DNA of 42,173 nt from an uncultured Planctomycetota bacterium (GTDB taxonomy: Bacteria; Planctomycetota; Planctomycetia; Isosphaerales; Isosphaeraceae): NCBI GenBank assembly GCA_963845755.1, contig CAWJTV010000046.1, positions 1-42,173 of the forward strand. The letters are read 5' to 3'. Under the pieces are notes generated by a model, which did no database searches, was not told where the DNA came from, and was given only the letters and a program-made list of their open reading frames with translations. This document shows, piece by piece, positions 36,187 to 42,173 of this stretch. Both the position numbers and the translations under genes were made by a program. Numbering within the stretch: the stretch's first letter is position 1; each line of letters starts with the position of its first letter.

Positions 36187-36404
36187 GGAACGGGAGGAAT
36201 TGGGGTTGCAGCTTTGCCGGACTTGGTTCATAACCCGATCGTCCTTGAATGTGACCACCAATCAGGACCGAGGCTCGCGCCATTCACGTCGTTCCCGAGG
36301 TCCCTTCGAGTTGGATGGCACACGCTGCCGCACTTCCCTCATAAGATGGATAGGGAGCCTGGCGATTCCTCCCCTGACGCGGCGATCGGCCGCAACCCCC
36401 GAGG

Positions 36405-36481
36405 GATTCCCGATTCGAGATCCGCGATTCCAAGGACCGGACTCGTCTCCCTTGGGGATCTGGAATCTTGAATGTTGAATC
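36405..36481. repeat. Inverted heptamer arrays (GATTCC-type) forming a hairpin
   Basis: GATTCCC GATTCGA GATCCGC GATTCCA ... GGGGATC TGGAATC TTGAATG TTGAATC. Confidence 0.6.
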
Positions 36482-36490
36482 GAGACATCG

Positions 36491-37264
36491 ATGGCATGGC
36501 TCACGTCCTCTGTGATCGAACCGTTCTACCGGCTGCTCTACGGCCGTTTGCCGGCTGCGCAAGGCGAGGCCACTCCGGCGCGCGGCCTGGTGCTGGTAGC
36601 GGACGGGGTCGGCGGCCTGGATCTCTGCGGGACCGGCCTGCGTTACATGCTGGGCATGGCGCGGCTGCCATATACCGTCGAGCTGTTCCCCTGGGGCCAC
36701 GGATTGGGTCGCTGGTTCGCCGACCTGACCGACGTGGCCAACCAGGACCGTCAGGCGAAGCTCATCGCCGAGGCCGTACGACACTTCCGGTCGGAGCACG
36801 CGGAAGAGCCGGTCTTCCTGGTCGCCAAGTCGGGCGGCACGGGCCTCGTGGTCAAGGCGCTGGAGCAGCTCGAGGCTGAGAGTGTAGAGCGGGTGGTCCT
36901 GCTGGCTCCGGCCGTCTCGCCCGGCTACGACCTGACGCGAGCCCTGCCGCAGTACGCCAGGAAGTCGTCGTCTTCTGGTCGCCGCTGGACATCGTGGTCC
37001 TGGGCGTCGGGACGCGCCTCTTCGGCACGATCGATCGCGTCAAGACGTCCGCCGCGGGCCTGGTGGGCTTCCTGTTGCCTCGCCACGACGATCCGGACGC
37101 GGATCGAGTCCGCCAGTACGCCAAGCTGCGCCAGGTCCGCTGGCGGCCCGGGATGGCGTCGGCCGGCTATTGGGGCGGTCATGTCGGGCCGGACCATCCG
37201 CGGTTCCTCCGCAAATACGTGGTCCCGTTGCTGCGCCGACGACGCGGCGACCGTCCCAGGCTGA
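36491..37264 (+). CDS. Alpha/beta-fold hydrolase; frameshifts at ~36950 and ~37237
   Basis: 'VFLVAKSGG' nucleophile elbow, 'VVLLAPAVSP.YDL', then 'FWSPLD..VLG.GT..FGT.D', 'YWGGH'. Confidence 0.72.
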   Translation: MAWLTSSVIEPFYRLLYGRLPAAQGEATPARGLVLVADGVGGLDLCGTGLRYMLGMARLPYTVELFPWGHGLGRWFADLTDVANQDRQAKLIAEAVRHFRSEHAEEPVFLVAKSGGTGLVVKALEQLEAESVERVVLLAPAVSPGYDLTRALPQYARKSSSSGRRWTSWSWASGRASSARSIASRRPPRAWWASCCLATTIRTRIESASTPSCARSAGGPGWRRPAIGAVMSGRTIRGSSANTWSRCCADDAATVPG

Positions 37265-37344
37265 ACGACTGCGAGAACGTTCGGCGACGAATCGCGGTTC
37301 GGTGTCAAGCCGCCCTGCCAGCCCGCCGATATCCTTATGGCCCA

Positions 37345-39220
<1,876 letters not shown>

Positions 39221-39397
39221 ATCGCAAGTGATCCCGAGTTCTGCACCATCGCCGGGATCGATCGACCCCGGGCGACGGCCTCGAACGCGCGGCCGATCGC
39301 CCCCGATCGGTTCCTTGGAATCCGGCGGAAGAGTCGATATCATTGATGAAATGGGGAGAGGATGTCTCATCTCCCGCGGACCAGATGGAGGTTCACC

Positions 39398-39943
39398 ATG
39401 GCGATGCCTTCCACTCAGTCGCCACGAAAGCGACCCGCGGTTCGGGATGGCGGGAAACCTGTGTTGGCGCTTGCACATCCCGTCTCTTGGCTCTTGAAGA
39501 CCCTTTGCGACCCGACACGAATGAAGATCCTGCTGGCGTTGACAGAAGGCAAGAGGGGCCGCAGCGAGATCTGCGAGCGCGTGGGCCTGACAGAGCCCGA
39601 ACTCAACCATCATCTCGCATTGCTCGGTACCACCAAGGCACTCGACGCGCATTTCCATGGTGGCGAGACGATTTACTCATTGACCGAAGCCGGGGCTCAG
39701 CTCGTCGATTCAACCCTGAGTCTCATCAACCAGGAGGAGACGTCACCGAAGGAAATCCTGGGCTCGTCCCGATGGAAGGAACTCGTCGAGAAGGTCGGCA
39801 CGGTCGTCAACGATCCCGAGTATTGGCTGATGATGCCCAACCCTCAATTCGAGTGGAGACGGCCCATCGATCTGATCGACACCGAAGATGAAACACGAGT
39901 TCATATCATCATTGAAGCGGCGCAGGCGGGCTCTTTCGCATGA
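39398..39943 (+). CDS. Antitoxin-like regulator: ArsR-type wHTH + MbcA/ParS-type C-terminal domain
   Basis: GGAGG before ATG; 'LKTLCDPTRMKILLAL...LNHHLALL...YSLT' plus 'PEYWLMMPNPQFEWRRPIDLI...GSFA'. ATGA overlap with the next gene. Confidence 0.75.
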   Translation: MAMPSTQSPRKRPAVRDGGKPVLALAHPVSWLLKTLCDPTRMKILLALTEGKRGRSEICERVGLTEPELNHHLALLGTTKALDAHFHGGETIYSLTEAGAQLVDSTLSLINQEETSPKEILGSSRWKELVEKVGTVVNDPEYWLMMPNPQFEWRRPIDLIDTEDETRVHIIIEAAQAGSFA

Positions 39944-40508
39944 ACTTGGGCGCGTGTCCCCTGCTCACTCTCCGTCCGGTGACCGGTCATTGGTTTGCGC
40001 CATCGACCAGCGGCATTGGAGAAATCGCCTTTCGACCCGACACACACGGACAACCTTCGGTCGATACCATCGCGGATCGCACGAGAACCCACTTACGCGG
40101 TGTTGTACCTGGCCGAGAGTCATCTTCATGCTCTCTTCGAAGTCGGAGGTCTGCTAGGAACCTCATACCCGCCCATTCCGAACCCCTCCGCGACATGGAC
40201 GGTGCTCAACCTTGAGGTCGTACTTCGAGGGGTGGCCGATCTGCAGACCCCGGAGGACAAAGCGGATTCGCACCTGGAGCAGGAATTGAGGGGAAGTGGA
40301 ATCGGCATGGGACGGCAGGAGCTGCGCCACTCAGCGTTTAGGAGCGGCCCTTTTCGAGGTCCCGGGGCTCGAAGGCTTCCTCGTTCCGACGGCGGTCCCG
40401 GCGATCTCGGGTACAAACTTGATCGTGTTTCCCGAGAAGTTGACGCCGCCGAGTCGGATTGGATTCTGGAACCCGCTAACCCGCCGCGTGGAGCGGCTCG
40501 ACACCTGA
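39940..40508 (+). CDS. RES-domain toxin, broken by at least two frameshifts (error or pseudogene)
   Basis: 'GHWF', 'VLYLAES..ALFEV', 'VADL', 'ATQRLG.AL...EGFLVP', 'TNLIVFP' are spread over three frames. Confidence 0.7.
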
Positions 40509-40557
40509 TCGAGGACGTGCGAGTCTCCACGCAGGGTTCAGAAGAAGCGATCCGCAG

Positions 40558-42138
40558 ATGAACAACCACAAGCGAGCAGGACGATGGCTCCGGAACATGG
40601 CCCGGCCACCCCGGCAGCGACAGCAAGTCTTGCCGTTCGTCGAACGGAGCGACCGGCGCCGGCGTTGGTTCAAGCGGATCATCGTGGCGATCACCGCCCT
40701 GGCGGCGACGGTCCTCATCGGGACCTCGTCGACAGGCCGGCCCGGGTGCGGTTGTGGACGAGCCGGCGCCGACCGGGCGATGCTCTGGGTGTTCGGGCTC
40801 GCCCCAACCGGGCGCGGGTCGATGCCGAGTGGCGATTGCGCCGTCAGCACGAGGTCGAGCAGACGCACGAGGTGCTCACGCGGTTCTATGACAACACGAC
40901 CGAGGAGATGCGGGAGCTCTTCCGGGTCGCCGCGATGGATCCGGAACACGGCCTGATTCGCTGGGGGCGGGGCGCCGAGGCATTCCTGATCTCGCCGCAG
41001 GTCTTCGAGCCGGATGAGCACGGCCGGTCTTATCGGATGCGCCCCGATACGCGGTCCGTCTGGCTCCGGCAAATCACGCTGCACCACGGCCCGTTCGGCA
41101 TGTTCCAGGTCCTCGATACGCCGAAGCACCGCGCCGCGGCCATGGGCCGGCGGGATCGTCGACGAGGGCTCGGTGCAGAACACCAACTCCTGGGGCCCTG
41201 CCGGCGCCGAGCCGGATACGACGGCCACCGTCCGGGGTATCGTCCTGGGCGATTCCTTCATGTTGGCCATGTTCAACGGAGACGGCGAGACCCCCACCGT
41301 TTATCTTGAACGTTATCTCCGATCCGCCTGGAAGGTCCCCGTCTCGATCCTCAACACCGGGCACATCGGTTACTCGCGGACAGTATTATTTCACGCTGTG
41401 CGAGTACGGCGACCGGATGCCCTGAGTTTGTTGTGGTGAGCGTCTGCCCCAATGATTTCGGCGACGGCCCGGCTGTCCTTCGCGGCGAGGGCGATTGGTT
41501 CGACGAGGCCGAATATCTTGGCTCGATCAAATCCGGCAATGGGTGGAGTTCTGCGCGCTCGGTGGTCTTGCTCCTCGTGCCGGTGCCGACCTTCACCCAG
41601 ATTCAAGCCATGCGGGAACGACGCGTGCTGCATCCGGGTCGCGTTTGCAACCTCTTCCGGTCCACGGTCGAAATGTGCTCGTGACCGTGATCCACTCAAC
41701 GAATTGTTCGACGAGCACATCAGGCTGGTGAACCTCTCGGAAGCGGCGGGGAGGCGGTCGATGGAGAGCGAGCTGTTCAATCGCAGGATCCAGGACGACC
41801 ACTTCTCGCCGAAGGGCTGCGCGCAGCTCTGGGCCGAGATCGTGGGGCGGCGGCTGACCCGAATCCTCAATTCTCGAATCGCCCCGGTCGAACGCGAACG
41901 AAGCCCAGGACTCGGCAACCTGGACCGGCCGCACCCCTCGATGATGGCGGAAACGGCGTCGACCGATGGCACGAGCGAACCCGGCCGACGCAAGCTCCCG
42001 TCGCAGATCTGGGCCCTCCTGGAGCGAAGGGTCTCGATCGTTGTGGAGATCTCCGACCAGGATCCGGCATTCCCGGCCGGGTCACATGAGCGGGGATGCC
42101 ACCTCCTTCCTGTACATGAAACACCTGTTGGCCCATGA
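40558..42138 (+). CDS. Membrane-anchored SGNH/GDSL hydrolase-like protein with many frameshifts
   Basis: N-terminal TM segment, 'TNSWG', 'IVLGDSF', 'LNTGHIGYS', 'SVCPNDF', 'DDHFSPKG..LWAE.V'. Confidence 0.65.
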
Positions 42139-42173
42139 AAGCGGCGAGGAGCTGACTGGTTCTCTTGGCGTCC

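Overview
GC-rich bacterial chromosomal segment, most likely from a planctomycete (Isosphaeraceae-like). This is an inference from two proteins with the 'E.LE.R.LLS' export motif, Tat-exported glycan enzymes, a sulfatase and an ISKra4-type element. Housekeeping genes (pyrG, nagA, eno) are mixed with exported hydrolases (alpha-2-macroglobulin, an M14 carboxypeptidase/DPP-IV fusion, sulfatase, GH116, an SGNH-like protein), a diadenylate cyclase and several conflict modules: an Rpn-family gene with an apparent intragenic start, an AAA-ATPase + RloB pair and an ArsR-antitoxin/RES-toxin pair. One complete ISKra4-family IS has 21-bp IRs and a 9-bp target duplication. About 14 genes are split by small frameshifts, probably long-read consensus errors, so they are reported as joined genes. 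The most striking unexplained element is a ~370-nt multi-stem, G-U-rich non-coding segment upstream of eno that I cannot assign to any RNA family. No rRNA, tRNA or CRISPR array was seen.
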